A stretch of 64,000 nt of DNA. Origin: Maritimibacter sp. (GTDB lineage: Bacteria; Pseudomonadota; Alphaproteobacteria; Rhodobacterales; Rhodobacteraceae). Location: contig DOUP01000061.1 in the NCBI GenBank assembly GCA_003520545.1, forward strand, positions 1,577-65,576. Reading direction: 5' to 3'. Below the pieces are notes generated by a model. It made no database searches and was not told the DNA's origin. It worked only from the letters and a program-made list of their open reading frames with translations. The position numbers were made by a program, and so were the translations under genes. Of the stretch, positions 20,923 through 30,653 are shown piece by piece. Numbering within the stretch: the first letter of the stretch is position 1; each line of letters opens with the position of its first letter.

Positions 20923-20972
20923 GATCAAATGCCCCGGCGGTGTGCCGCCGGGGCATATTGAGGGAGGACAAC

Positions 20973-22391
20973 ATGACACAGACGACGATGCGGGCCGACA
21001 TGACCCGTGAGGCTTGGAAAGCGGTGCTCGAGAAATATCACGAGGACCGTGACGCGCCAGTGTCTCAGGACTACTGGTCGGAGAAAGACACATGGTCACA
21101 AGACAAGATCCGCGCGGTGCAGAATGAAAAGATCGCTGCGGTGGCCCCGTTTCTCTATGAGAACAGCGACTTTTACCGCCGCCGTTTTGACAAGCTCGGC
21201 GTCGCACCCTCGGATGTTAAAGACGTGGACAGCCTGGTCGCCAACTGGCCGGTCGTGACCAAGCAAGAGATGATGGAAGACGCCGAGGCGCACCCGCCTT
21301 ACGGCACCTACACCACCTGCGGGGAAAAGGAATGGGCCGATCGCGGATGGATGCTTTTCTCCTCATCCGGCTCGACGGGCACCCCCCGTGTTTTCCGCTA
21401 TACGCATTTCGATCGTCGATATTGGGAGCAGGCAAATGCCCGCGCGCTCTACTCCGGCGGGTTGCGCAAGGGGGATGTGGGCCTGCCCATGACCGGGTTC
21501 GGGCCTCACGTTTTTGCATGGGGCGTCCAGTATACGTTGGCCAAGATGGGCCTTCCTGTCGTTCCCGGCGGCGGCATGGATGGCAAGGCGCGCGCATCGC
21601 TTATCGAGCGGTTCAACCCGACGACGCTGATCTGCACGCCCTCCTACCTGCTGTATCTGGGCCGCGTGATGCAGGACATGGGCAAGGATCCGGCAAAGAC
21701 CTCTGTAAAATGGCTGGTGACCGGCGGCGAACCGTTTTCAGGCGTTGCCGGCACACTGGAGCGCATCCAGGACCTCTGGGGTGCCAAGTCGGTCGAATTC
21801 TACGGCTGCACCGAAGCTTCGCCGCATTGTGGCGGGTATTCCTGCCCGGAGTATCAAGAGGGCGACGAGCCGTTCGTGCACCTGATGGAAGATATTCAAT
21901 ACTGGGAAACGGTCGATCCTGACGGGCTGACCCCGGTGGCCGAGGGCGAGCGCGGGCTGACGGTCTGCACCAATCTCAATTCGGAAAGCTCCGCCCAGCT
22001 CAGGTTCCTCGTGGGCGATTACACCCGCCTTAGCCATGAACCTTGTGCGTGCGGACGCAACCACGTGCGCGGCATGGGCTGCATGACGGGGCGCTCGGAT
22101 GACCTGATCAACCTGCGCGGGATCAAGTTCTTCCCGGTTCAGATCGAGGAAGCGGTGCGCAGCTACCCCGGCACCGGAGACGAGTTCCAGATCCGCCTGA
22201 CCACGCAGGATGACGGGTTGGACGTGATGACCGTCGTGGTTGAGCATCCGGACTCCAGCAAGGCCGACGACGTGGCGAAGTCTATCCGCACGCATTGCGA
22301 AATTCGCTGCGCGGTCGAAGTGGTCGCACCCGACACGCTGCCGAAAACGGAAATGAAGGCCAAACGGGTCTTTGATGAAAGGAACAAGTAA
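20973..22391 (+). CDS. Phenylacetate-CoA ligase-family (PaaK-like) acyl-CoA ligase
   Basis: SSSGSTGTP loop, CTPSY, EFYGCTE, CACGR, GRSDDLI.LRG..FFP.QIE. Confidence 0.88.
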   Translation: MTQTTMRADMTREAWKAVLEKYHEDRDAPVSQDYWSEKDTWSQDKIRAVQNEKIAAVAPFLYENSDFYRRRFDKLGVAPSDVKDVDSLVANWPVVTKQEMMEDAEAHPPYGTYTTCGEKEWADRGWMLFSSSGSTGTPRVFRYTHFDRRYWEQANARALYSGGLRKGDVGLPMTGFGPHVFAWGVQYTLAKMGLPVVPGGGMDGKARASLIERFNPTTLICTPSYLLYLGRVMQDMGKDPAKTSVKWLVTGGEPFSGVAGTLERIQDLWGAKSVEFYGCTEASPHCGGYSCPEYQEGDEPFVHLMEDIQYWETVDPDGLTPVAEGERGLTVCTNLNSESSAQLRFLVGDYTRLSHEPCACGRNHVRGMGCMTGRSDDLINLRGIKFFPVQIEEAVRSYPGTGDEFQIRLTTQDDGLDVMTVVVEHPDSSKADDVAKSIRTHCEIRCAVEVVAPDTLPKTEMKAKRVFDERNK

Positions 22392-22807
22392 TGCTCAAGA
22401 GCACCCTAGCGCGTCGCGTCGAATGGGGCGATTGCGACCCGGCCGGGATCGTCTTCAACCCGCAGTTCTTTCGCTGGTTCGACCACGGCACATCGATGCT
22501 CTACGAAGCAGCGGGCTGGCCGAAACAGGAGATGCTTGCGACGTTCGACGCAGCGGGTTGTCCCCTCGTCGATACGCGGGCAGTGTTCAAGGCCCCTTGC
22601 CGCTACGGTGATGATGTGGAGATCACGACGGAAATTGCCGAGGTCAAGGACCGCAGCTTCGACATCAAGCACACGCTCACGAAAGACGGAAAGGTCTGCG
22701 TAGAAGGCACGGAAACGAGGGTCTGGACCGTCAAGGACCCGGAGCGTGGTATCAGATCCGCCCCGATCCCGGCGGAACTCGTCGCCCGCTTCAACGGTGA
22801 AACCTGA
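22391..22807 (+). CDS. 4-hydroxybenzoyl-CoA-type (hot-dog) acyl-CoA thioesterase
   Basis: VEWGDCDPAGIVFNPQFFRWFD, PCRYGD; coupled to the ligase by a TAATG overlap. Confidence 0.9.
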   Translation: MLKSTLARRVEWGDCDPAGIVFNPQFFRWFDHGTSMLYEAAGWPKQEMLATFDAAGCPLVDTRAVFKAPCRYGDDVEITTEIAEVKDRSFDIKHTLTKDGKVCVEGTETRVWTVKDPERGIRSAPIPAELVARFNGET

Positions 22808-22846
22808 TCACTTGTTGCGCCCCCAGGGAACCCGGGGGCGCAGTCT

Positions 22847-23371
22847 TCAAAGCCGCTCGACGTTCTTGCGCATCAGTCTGATCACCCGAAGAAACGCTTC
22901 AAGATCATCCGGGTCTGCGCCATCGATAAGTTTCTTCTCGCGCTCCAAGGCAGCTGCCATAATTCGGTCGTGCAGCTCATAGCCCTTGTCATTGAGTTCC
23001 CATATCCGCCGGCGCGGATCATTGGCCATCGCCTCGAACGTCACGAGGCCCAGCTCGTCGAGTTTATTCAGCGACCGGCTTGTCGCGCCCTTGTCGATCG
23101 CGATCACCTCGACGATGCGCGCCGCCGGGATGCGGGGCTCGATCGCCAGCATCGAGATCACGCGCCAGTCCGCGATGCCGACCCCAAACGTCTTGAGATA
23201 TTCAGAGGAAGCGCCCAACGACAGCGCGTTGTTCACCGAGGACAGGAAATACGGGATGTAAGTGTTGATATCGATCACGACCCGCCCGTCCGCGCGCGCG
23301 TGAGTCGGACTCGAAATACGGCCCTCGGGGCAAAGTGACTTGTCGCCTTTCAAAACGCTCTTCCCGTGCAA
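22847..23371 (-). CDS. MarR-family transcriptional regulator (start uncertain)
   Basis: YIPYFL, DWRVI, IDKGATSRSL..L...GLV, DPRRRIWEL. Confidence 0.9.
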   Translation of the reverse strand: MHGKSVLKGDKSLCPEGRISSPTHARADGRVVIDINTYIPYFLSSVNNALSLGASSEYLKTFGVGIADWRVISMLAIEPRIPAARIVEVIAIDKGATSRSLNKLDELGLVTFEAMANDPRRRIWELNDKGYELHDRIMAAALEREKKLIDGADPDDLEAFLRVIRLMRKNVERL

Positions 23372-23431
23372 TTTTCCTTGATTACGCCTTTGGAGTGTCC
23401 TGTTGCCGGGGTCAAGTCAAGTCGGGCGGGA

Positions 23432-24145
23432 TCAGATCTCCGCAAGGCCAACCCCGACGTGGCGTTCGAGTATTGCGGGATCGTCACGCAGGGTCTGAGC
23501 CGGACCATCGTGAACGATAGCGCCCGCATCCAGTATGATGACCCGGTCGGCGAAGGCGAGCGCCAGTTCGGTGTGCTGTTCCACCAGAAGGAGCGTGTGG
23601 CGACCATCAGCGGCCAGCGTCTCAAACGTCTCCATCAACATATCGCAGATCACGGGTGCCAGCCCTTCGAGCGGCTCGTCGAGCATGAGCGCCGACGGCC
23701 TCGCCATCAGTGTGCGTGCGATGGCGAGCATCTGCTGTTCACCGCCCGACAGCTGTCCGCCACCGTTGCGGCGACGCTCCTTGAGCCGCGGAAAGAGAGC
23801 GTAGGCCTCCTCGAGCGCCGCGTCGCCCTTCATCCCGGACAACAGGTTCTCTTCGACGCTCAGCGACGGAAAGATGTCACGGGTCTGCGGCACAAGACCG
23901 AGACCAGTGCCCGCGCGCCGATGCGGTGGCACCTTGTTGATAACCTCTCCGCTCATTCGAACCTCGCCCGAGTGAAGCCGGGTAAGCCCCATAACGGTCT
24001 TCAGAAGCGTCGTCTTGCCCACCCCGTTACGCCCGATGATGGCCAGCCTCTCGCCCGCCGGCACGGCGAAGCTGATGCCATGCAGCACGGTGGTGTCGCC
24101 GTAGCCGGCGACGACGTTGTCGAGTGATAGGATCGGCTCAGTCAT
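23432..24145 (-). CDS. ABC transporter ATP-binding protein (LivF-like)
   Basis: GRNGVGKTT, LSGGEQQMLAIAR, LDEPLEGLAP. Confidence 0.95.
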   Translation of the reverse strand: MTEPILSLDNVVAGYGDTTVLHGISFAVPAGERLAIIGRNGVGKTTLLKTVMGLTRLHSGEVRMSGEVINKVPPHRRAGTGLGLVPQTRDIFPSLSVEENLLSGMKGDAALEEAYALFPRLKERRRNGGGQLSGGEQQMLAIARTLMARPSALMLDEPLEGLAPVICDMLMETFETLAADGRHTLLLVEQHTELALAFADRVIILDAGAIVHDGPAQTLRDDPAILERHVGVGLAEI

Positions 24146-24893
24146 GATGCCCTCCGAGGTAGAGGTCGCGCACCTGCTGGTTGGCCGCGATCTCGTCGGG
24201 TGAGCCCTGCGTCAGGATCGCGCCGTTCACCAACACGATGATCGAACTTGCGACCTGAAAGACAAGCTTCATGTCATGCTCGATGATCAGCACGGCCAAG
24301 TCATCCGGCAGCCGCTCGATCGCGTCCGTGATCAGATGGCTGTCAGAGGATGGCACGCCCGCAGCAGGCTCGTCGAGGATCAGCACGCGGGGTTTCAGCA
24401 TCAGCGTCATCGCCATTTCGACCAGTCGCTGCTGGCCATAGGCCAGATCGTCGACCCGCATTTCTTCCAGATCCAAAAGCCGGAACGCTGCAAGCTGGGC
24501 GTCGATCTCATCTTCGGCTTCAGGCCAGCTGTCGGCGCGCCGGAACCAGGATTGTGCCCGCCCGTCGCGTTCCTGTTGGGCGAGCCGCAGGTTCTGTCGC
24601 ACGGTGAGGTCCCGAAAGAGCGTGGTGATCTGAAACGTCTTGGCGACCCCCGCCTTGACCCGTTGCGCCTCGTTCAGCGCGCGGAGGTCTTGGCCGTTCA
24701 GCGTGATCTCCCCAGCACTCGGGGTGAGTATACCAGTGATCAGGTTCGAAAACGTCGTCTTGCCTGCCCCGTTGGGTCCGATCAGCGCGGTCCGGGCACC
24801 CGGCGGCAGGTCTATGTTGATATCCTGCGCCACGGTGAGACCACCGAAGTTCTTGTTCAGTCCGCGCACGCGGAGTCCGGTCACCCGTGTCAT
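24138..24893 (-). CDS. ABC transporter ATP-binding protein (LivG-like)
   Basis: GPNGAGKTT, LAYGQQRLVE, LDEPAAG, IEHDM. Confidence 0.95.
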   Translation of the reverse strand: MTRVTGLRVRGLNKNFGGLTVAQDINIDLPPGARTALIGPNGAGKTTFSNLITGILTPSAGEITLNGQDLRALNEAQRVKAGVAKTFQITTLFRDLTVRQNLRLAQQERDGRAQSWFRRADSWPEAEDEIDAQLAAFRLLDLEEMRVDDLAYGQQRLVEMAMTLMLKPRVLILDEPAAGVPSSDSHLITDAIERLPDDLAVLIIEHDMKLVFQVASSIIVLVNGAILTQGSPDEIAANQQVRDLYLGGHHD

Positions 24894-25876
24894 GCCCGCC
24901 CCCGCACCAATCGTGTGAGCGCCGTTGGCAGATGCGCCAGCCCCTTGGGCAGGCAGAACACGACGCCCAGCACCATGAACCCGATCAGGAACAGCCAGTT
25001 AAATGGGTCGGCGGCGGCGGCGACGTGGTGCACCGTCATGAAGATCACCGTGCCGATGATCGCGCCGTAGAGCCGCCCGGTGCCGCCGAGGATCAGCATG
25101 ATCAGCGCCTCGGCCGACAGATTGAAGCTGTAGACCTCCAAGCTGACGAGCTGCGTCACCTGCGCGGCCAGCGCCCCCGCGATACCGGCAATCCCACCGC
25201 CCAGCGTGTAGGCCAGCACCAGTCGACGGTAGACTGGCGCACCGATCGCAGCCATGCGCTCGGGGCTTTCGTGTATGCCGCGCAAGGACTGGCCCAACGG
25301 CGCGTTGGCCAGCCGTTTGAGCAGCAGGAAGACGACAAAGACCACGACGAAGACATACCAGTAAGCCGTCTTGCCGATGAAATCGAACTCGAAGAGGCCA
25401 GCGACCGGCTCCATACGGATGCCCCGCAGCCCATCCGCGCCACCTGTCACGTCACGCGCCTTATTCGCGATCTCAAGACAGATCGAGGCGACCGCGATGG
25501 TCAGCATGATCAGCGTCAGCCCCTTGGCCCGCATCAGGACGAGACCCGACAGGAACGCGAGCGCCGCCCCGGCGACGGCACCGACCACGAGCCCCGGCAA
25601 CGGCGCCCCGGAGACATGCACCGCAAACAGACCCGCCGCATAGGCACCCGGGCCATACATCGCCGCCTGCCCCAGCGTGGCGATGCCTGCAAAACCCAGC
25701 ACGAGGTCGAGCGACAGGACCAGCAGCACCATAATCAGGATGCGGGTGAGAAATGCGAGGTTGTAGGGAAACAAGAAATATGCCCCGATCACTACGGCGA
25801 TCAGGATCGCCTCGCCCAAAAACGGAATTCCGGCGATCGTGCGCGTGCGTTTCGGGGTCAGGGTCGTGTCGCTCAT
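24890..25876 (-). CDS. ABC transporter permease (LivM-like)
   Basis: GFAGIATLGQA, TGGADGL, ILGGTGRLYGA. Confidence 0.92.
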   Translation of the reverse strand: MSDTTLTPKRTRTIAGIPFLGEAILIAVVIGAYFLFPYNLAFLTRILIMVLLVLSLDLVLGFAGIATLGQAAMYGPGAYAAGLFAVHVSGAPLPGLVVGAVAGAALAFLSGLVLMRAKGLTLIMLTIAVASICLEIANKARDVTGGADGLRGIRMEPVAGLFEFDFIGKTAYWYVFVVVFVVFLLLKRLANAPLGQSLRGIHESPERMAAIGAPVYRRLVLAYTLGGGIAGIAGALAAQVTQLVSLEVYSFNLSAEALIMLILGGTGRLYGAIIGTVIFMTVHHVAAAADPFNWLFLIGFMVLGVVFCLPKGLAHLPTALTRLVRGRA

Positions 25877-26736
25877 GCTGTGCGCCCCCACAGGCCGTTG
25901 GGCCGCAGCGCCAGAAACAGGATGATGCAGCCGTAGAAGAAGATGGTTCCGAAATCGGGCACGAGATATCGCGTGGCGGTATCAAGAATACCGAGGCCGA
26001 GCGCCGCGGCAAAAGAGCCCGAGATCGACCCCATACCGCCCACGGCGACCACGATCAGAAAAAGGACCATGTAGCGCAGCGGATAATAGGCCTCGATAGG
26101 TAGCATCTCAGCCCCAAGGATACCGCCAAGCGCGGCCAGTCCGGCGCCCAGGCAGAAGGTCGCGGAATAGATCAGCCCCGTGTTGATCCCGATGGCCGAG
26201 GCCGCGGAACGATTGTCGACGGCGGCCCGCAAACGGATGCCGAAGCGCGTGCGGTCAATCAGGAGCCAGAGCCCGGCGATCACGGCCAGTCCCACGCCGA
26301 TCACTACCAACCGATGCAACGGCAGAGTGCGAAACCCGAGGTCAACACTCTGGGCCAAAAGCTCCGGTAACGGCAGCGCCAGAAGCGTTGAGCCCAAGAG
26401 CCGGTTAACGGTGGCGATCATCAAAAACGTAAGGCCAATGGTGGCGAGCACCTGTTGAAGATCACCGAAGCCGTAGATCCGGCGATAAATCAGCCGCTCC
26501 AGCGGCCAGGCCAACGCGACGGACGCCGCGACGCCCAGGGGCGCGGCAACCCAGAAAGACATACTTTGCGCGACCATGAGCCAGTGCGCCACGGCACCGC
26601 CAACAAGAGCGAAGCCACCATGGGCGAGGTTGATGACCCGCATCAACCCCATCGTCACCGACAGGCCGACCGCAATCATGAACAGGATCATGCCGTAGGC
26701 GATCCCGTCGATCAGGATATTGAAAAAGAGCGACAT
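25873..26736 (-). CDS. ABC transporter permease (LivH-like)
   Basis: GLMRVINLAHG, TRFGIRLRA, VVAVGGMGS. Confidence 0.92.
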   Translation of the reverse strand: MSLFFNILIDGIAYGMILFMIAVGLSVTMGLMRVINLAHGGFALVGGAVAHWLMVAQSMSFWVAAPLGVAASVALAWPLERLIYRRIYGFGDLQQVLATIGLTFLMIATVNRLLGSTLLALPLPELLAQSVDLGFRTLPLHRLVVIGVGLAVIAGLWLLIDRTRFGIRLRAAVDNRSAASAIGINTGLIYSATFCLGAGLAALGGILGAEMLPIEAYYPLRYMVLFLIVVAVGGMGSISGSFAAALGLGILDTATRYLVPDFGTIFFYGCIILFLALRPNGLWGRTA

Positions 26737-26794
26737 GTGCGCCTGCATCGTGTTTGGGGACGCGGGCGGTCTGGCGGGCCGCCCGCAATCGGTC

Positions 26795-27964
26795 TTACTC
26801 GGGCCAGCCTAGGTCGCCCACGGTGGCGATCACGCCCTTCTCGCGGTTGACCAGCAGTCCGCTCTCTTCGTCGCGTTCCACTTCGCGGATGTAGACATTC
26901 TGGATCACGGTCCGCGTCTCGGGGTCCATGATCAGGGGACCGCGCGGGCTTTCCCATTCCATGCCAAGCACGCTTTCTACCGCAGCCGGGCCATCAGACC
27001 CTGCGTTCTCGACCATCTCGTAGATCACATGCGTGCCGTCATAGGCGCCGATCGTCGCCCAGTTGGTCACGGAGTCCGGGTGCATCTCGGTGTTCTTGGC
27101 GATGAACTCGCGGTTCAAGTCTGAATCATGGTCTGCCGAGTAGTGATAAGCTGTCGTAAGGCCAATGGCCGGATCGCCGAAGGCCTGAAGGTTCGACTCC
27201 TCCGTCTCGGCGGTGCCGAGGAACATGATCCCTTCGTCACGCAGCCCGTTCTCGTTGTAAGATTTCGTGAAGCCGAAAGTCGGGGGGCCGCCCGGCAGGA
27301 AAGTAAACAGCGCGTCGGGCGATTGTTCGCGGATCGACTGGATGAACGGCGTGAAGTCGTTCGTCGACAACGGCATGCGGATCGAATCCAGAATTGTGCC
27401 GCCAGCCTCTTCAAATGCTGCGACGAAGGCGTTCTCAGCGTCAATGCCGGGACCGTAGTCGGAGACTGTGGTCACGACCTCTCGGATGCCCTGCTTATAG
27501 GCCCATTCCGCAAGCGGTGCCGAAACCTGCCACAACGTGTAGGAGGTGCGCAGGTAGAAATCCGACTGTGCATTGATCGCGCTGGTGGCCGCGTTGAAGA
27601 TCACCAGCGGCGTCTCGGATTGGTCGAGCAGCGGGGCGACGGCAAGCGCGTTAGGCGTGAACACGTAACCCGCGAGGTAATCGACCTGATCCTTGATCAG
27701 AAGCTCTTGGGTCAGAGCGCGCGACTGGTCCGGGTTTGGCCCGCCCACGTCTTTGTAGATGAACTCGATCTCGTGCTCACCCGCGGTCGTGCCGTGTTGA
27801 GCCTGGTAGACCTCGATCGCTTCCTGGAATTGCTTGCCGTAAAGCGCAAAGGGGCCCGAGAAAGGCGCGACGACGCCGACCTTGATGGTCTCGGCATGCC
27901 CCGCCACGGCGGTGGAAAGCAAAAGTGTAGCGGCCGCCGAAAGGCGGAAAATTCTGGATGTCAT
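26795..27964 (-). CDS. ABC transporter substrate-binding protein (Liv/aromatic-acid-binding type)
   Basis: Signal peptide; IKVGVVAPFSGPFA, FNAATS, DYGPGID, WESPRGP. Confidence 0.92.
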   Translation of the reverse strand: MTSRIFRLSAAATLLLSTAVAGHAETIKVGVVAPFSGPFALYGKQFQEAIEVYQAQHGTTAGEHEIEFIYKDVGGPNPDQSRALTQELLIKDQVDYLAGYVFTPNALAVAPLLDQSETPLVIFNAATSAINAQSDFYLRTSYTLWQVSAPLAEWAYKQGIREVVTTVSDYGPGIDAENAFVAAFEEAGGTILDSIRMPLSTNDFTPFIQSIREQSPDALFTFLPGGPPTFGFTKSYNENGLRDEGIMFLGTAETEESNLQAFGDPAIGLTTAYHYSADHDSDLNREFIAKNTEMHPDSVTNWATIGAYDGTHVIYEMVENAGSDGPAAVESVLGMEWESPRGPLIMDPETRTVIQNVYIREVERDEESGLLVNREKGVIATVGDLGWPE

Positions 27965-28024
27965 GATGTCCTCCCTAAGCCAGCATTCTCCTCAAAGCCG
28001 GCAAGTAGAGAAAATACCACTGTG

Positions 28025-28038
28025 GTTGTGATGTCAAC
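28025..28038. promoter_or_regulatory. GTTG-N6-CAAC palindrome upstream of the ABC/MarR operon
   Basis: GTTGTGATGTCAAC; contains TTGACA on the minus strand; matches the sites at 19327 and 19364. Confidence 0.6.
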
Positions 28039-28339
28039 CCATGGACTCCCGACTTGTGCGAACGCCGATGCCCCTAGTGTCGTTGAGAGTGTCTTCCGAC
28101 CTACACGATTGATCAGCGTGGCACTGTGTTCATCGTCGAAAGAGCTAGGGCCCGAATAGCCTTGTAGAAACTGGATGGCAGCCTGGTTTCCCCTGAGCCC
28201 CGTCCGCGCGCCAATCCCTTTTTTGAACCGATAGCCGTAGAGGATTTCTTGAGCTGTGTGAAAGTCGACAGCCTCTTCAACCGTGGGAAAACACCAGGTG
28301 ATGTGCACGAACCAAGTCGATGGCCCGCCGCGCCGCCCG

Positions 28340-28506
28340 GCTTCACTGTCAGTATCGGCAGAGGTCCAACGCGCCAGTTCTTCCGACTAATCAAACACCT
28401 GTCTGATCACCACGCGCCACGCTTATGGATCGCGCTATAGCTTGCATTCGACAACGATCGAGAGTCCAGACGGCATGATGAGAAAGCGGCCGATCGGCCC
28501 GACAGG
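28340..28506 (-). pseudogene. Degenerate PD-(D/E)xK nuclease-like fragment with three in-frame stops
   Basis: PVGPIGRFLIMPSGLSIVVECKL*RDP*AWRVVIRQVFD*SEELARWTS; resembles the pattern ECKLWRNPEARREV.GQ..DYA.EL..W. Confidence 0.6.
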
Positions 28507-28526
28507 TGTATGATACTCGCGCTAGT

Positions 28527-28810
28527 TCCAAATCGCATCACCCAGGCCGACCCGAGGCTCAGGATTGCGATTGTCTCGCCAAAGCAAGGGCGGCAGTCGA
28601 TATGTGCCGAGATGCCTTGTCCGGGTTGATATTCGTTGACGATGACTTGATCCGGCGTCTTCGAGAATACGCCTTCACAGACCAACCGTTCTGCTACCCT
28701 TTCCAAAAAAGGTAGGCAAAGGGCCGATGCGGTCTTCGCGCCGCGCCTGCCTCGCCTTGTAGTCATACCTGTAGCCGTAGTGCTGAACGCGCCGTTTCAG
28801 ATCGGCAAGG
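28527..28810 (-). pseudogene. AlkB-like 2OG-Fe(II) oxygenase fragment, frameshifted and truncated
   Basis: LKRRVQHYGYRYDYKAR...GPLP, shift at the A6 run 28705-28710, then PDQVIVNEYQPGQGISAHIDC..CFGETIAILSLGS. Confidence 0.85.
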
Positions 28811-29046
28811 GACGTTTGAGGTAGGCGTAGGCCACGTTTGACGGTTTTCGGCAACACCAAAGGTTTGTTCGACTTATCGCTCTGAGTTGCAACCGAACAA
28901 AAAAGATCCCTGTTACCCACGAGAAAAAGTACTTGCTTTACAGTGAGCAATTTTCGCTTTCACGGCCATGCGCCGTCTCCCGCGACGCGCGGTGTGGCTG
29001 CCAAAGGAGCCAATCAGAAGATCCTGAGTTAGGTTTCGATATCAGT

Positions 29047-29712
29047 TCACCGTTCGCCGGAAACGACCGGCCGTCCCTCTTCACGCCATTCCGGCAAGCC
29101 GCCTTCCAGCCGGCGCGCATTGAGGCCGTGGCGCCGCAATGCTGCGACGGCCTGGTGCGCGTAGACGCAATATGGGCCGCGGCAATAAGCGACGACTTCG
29201 CCATCGACCGCGAGCGTCGTGAGGACTTGGTCAAGGTCCGTAACCGTTGCGTTGAGCGCGCCGGGAATGTGACCGGCGGCATATTCGTCGGCGGGCCTCA
29301 CATCGAGGACCGTGACCGAACCCTCCGCAAGCCGCGCTGCGAGGTCTGCCCGGCTGACAGGCTCGGGGAGATTTTCGCCACCTGAGAGCCCGCGCAGGAT
29401 GCGCTCGACCTGGGCCAGGTTCCGTTCGGCCACGATGCGAAGAAGATCCATCAGTTCAAGGGTCTTCGCGTCTGAAAGCCGGTAGATGACAGCTTTGCCG
29501 TCGCGCCTGCTCGTCACAAGCCCCGCCCGTCGCAGCTGTTGGAGGTGTTGCGAGCAATTGGCGAGGGTCAGGCCCGTCTTCTCGGACAGCGCCTCAACGC
29601 CACGCTCGCCCTGAGCCAATTGCTCGAGGATCGAGAGGCGTGCCGGTGCTGACAGGGCCCGTGCGACCAGTGCGAATTCTTCGAGAAGCGCGGTTTTTGG
29701 ACTGATTGACAC
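29047..29712 (-). CDS. ArsR/SmtB regulator fused to a rhodanese domain
   Basis: N-terminal ArsR HTH (SQHLQQLRRAGLV); C-terminal LDVRP.DEY.AGHIPGA, YCRGPYC. Confidence 0.93.
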   Translation of the reverse strand: MSISPKTALLEEFALVARALSAPARLSILEQLAQGERGVEALSEKTGLTLANCSQHLQQLRRAGLVTSRRDGKAVIYRLSDAKTLELMDLLRIVAERNLAQVERILRGLSGGENLPEPVSRADLAARLAEGSVTVLDVRPADEYAAGHIPGALNATVTDLDQVLTTLAVDGEVVAYCRGPYCVYAHQAVAALRRHGLNARRLEGGLPEWREEGRPVVSGER

Positions 29713-29731
29713 CGTGTGCCTCCTGTTGTTA

Positions 29732-29759
29732 TATCAATCAAGCGATAACTTGAATGATA
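29732..29759. promoter_or_regulatory. Candidate ArsR operator between divergent genes
   Basis: TATCAATCAAG-N6-CTTGAATGATA, an 11-bp inverted repeat with one mismatch. Confidence 0.7.
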
Positions 29760-29801
29760 GCAGTTTCAGAGCCCGCCACAACCCCGAAGGCCGAGCCCCC
29801 G

Positions 29802-30653
29802 ATGCCCGACACGATCCTTGCCGCTGAACCGACGATCCGGCTTGCCGCCTTTCTGGGCGTTCTCGTGACCATGGCGCTGTGGGAGGTTGCGGCCCCGCGT
29901 CGGCGTCGGGAAATCCCACGTGTCATTCGCTGGACCAACAACCTCGCGCTCGTGGTACTTGATACCGTAATCCTGCGCCTCACCTTTCCGATCGTCGCGG
30001 TCGGTCTGGCCGTGATGGCGGAGGAGCGCGGCTGGGGTCTCTTCAACAACATGGGCGCGCCCTCATGGTTTGCCATCGTGGTCTCGATGTTGCTCCTCGA
30101 CCTGGCGATCTACCTCCAGCATGTGATGTTCCACGCGGTGCCAGCCCTCTGGCGGCTACACCGGATGCACCACGCCGATCTCGACTTCGACGCAACGACC
30201 GGCCTGCGGTTTCATCCCGTCGAAATCCTGATCTCGATGGGGATCAAGCTTGTCATGGTTGCGGCACTGGGCCCGCCCGCCGTCGCTGTGCTCCTCTTCG
30301 AGGTGATCCTGAACGCAACGGCGCTCTTCAACCACGCGAACATCGACATACCCCGACCGGTCGACCGGGTGTTGCGTTTGTTCGTCGTCACCCCTGATAT
30401 GCACCGCGTCCACCACTCCACCGATCCCCGTGAGACAAACTCGAACTACGGCTTCAACATGCCGTGGTGGGATCGGCTGCTCGGAACCTACGTGGCGCAG
30501 CCCGCAAAAGGTCACAAGGCGATGGAAATCGGGCTCGGACAATTCCGGACGCGCCGCGACCTCTGGTTGGACCGAATGCTGGTCCAGCCCCTGCGTGGGA
30601 GGGCGCGCGGCGGCGCACTCGATGCGCGCACAACAAAGGAGCTTCTCGAATGA
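29802..30653 (+). CDS. Sterol desaturase / fatty-acid hydroxylase-family membrane di-iron enzyme
   Basis: His boxes HVMFH, HRMHH, FNHAN, HRVHH; NSNYG, WDRLLGTY. Confidence 0.9.
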   Translation: MPDTILAAEPTIRLAAFLGVLVTMALWEVAAPRRRREIPRVIRWTNNLALVVLDTVILRLTFPIVAVGLAVMAEERGWGLFNNMGAPSWFAIVVSMLLLDLAIYLQHVMFHAVPALWRLHRMHHADLDFDATTGLRFHPVEILISMGIKLVMVAALGPPAVAVLLFEVILNATALFNHANIDIPRPVDRVLRLFVVTPDMHRVHHSTDPRETNSNYGFNMPWWDRLLGTYVAQPAKGHKAMEIGLGQFRTRRDLWLDRMLVQPLRGRARGGALDARTTKELLE

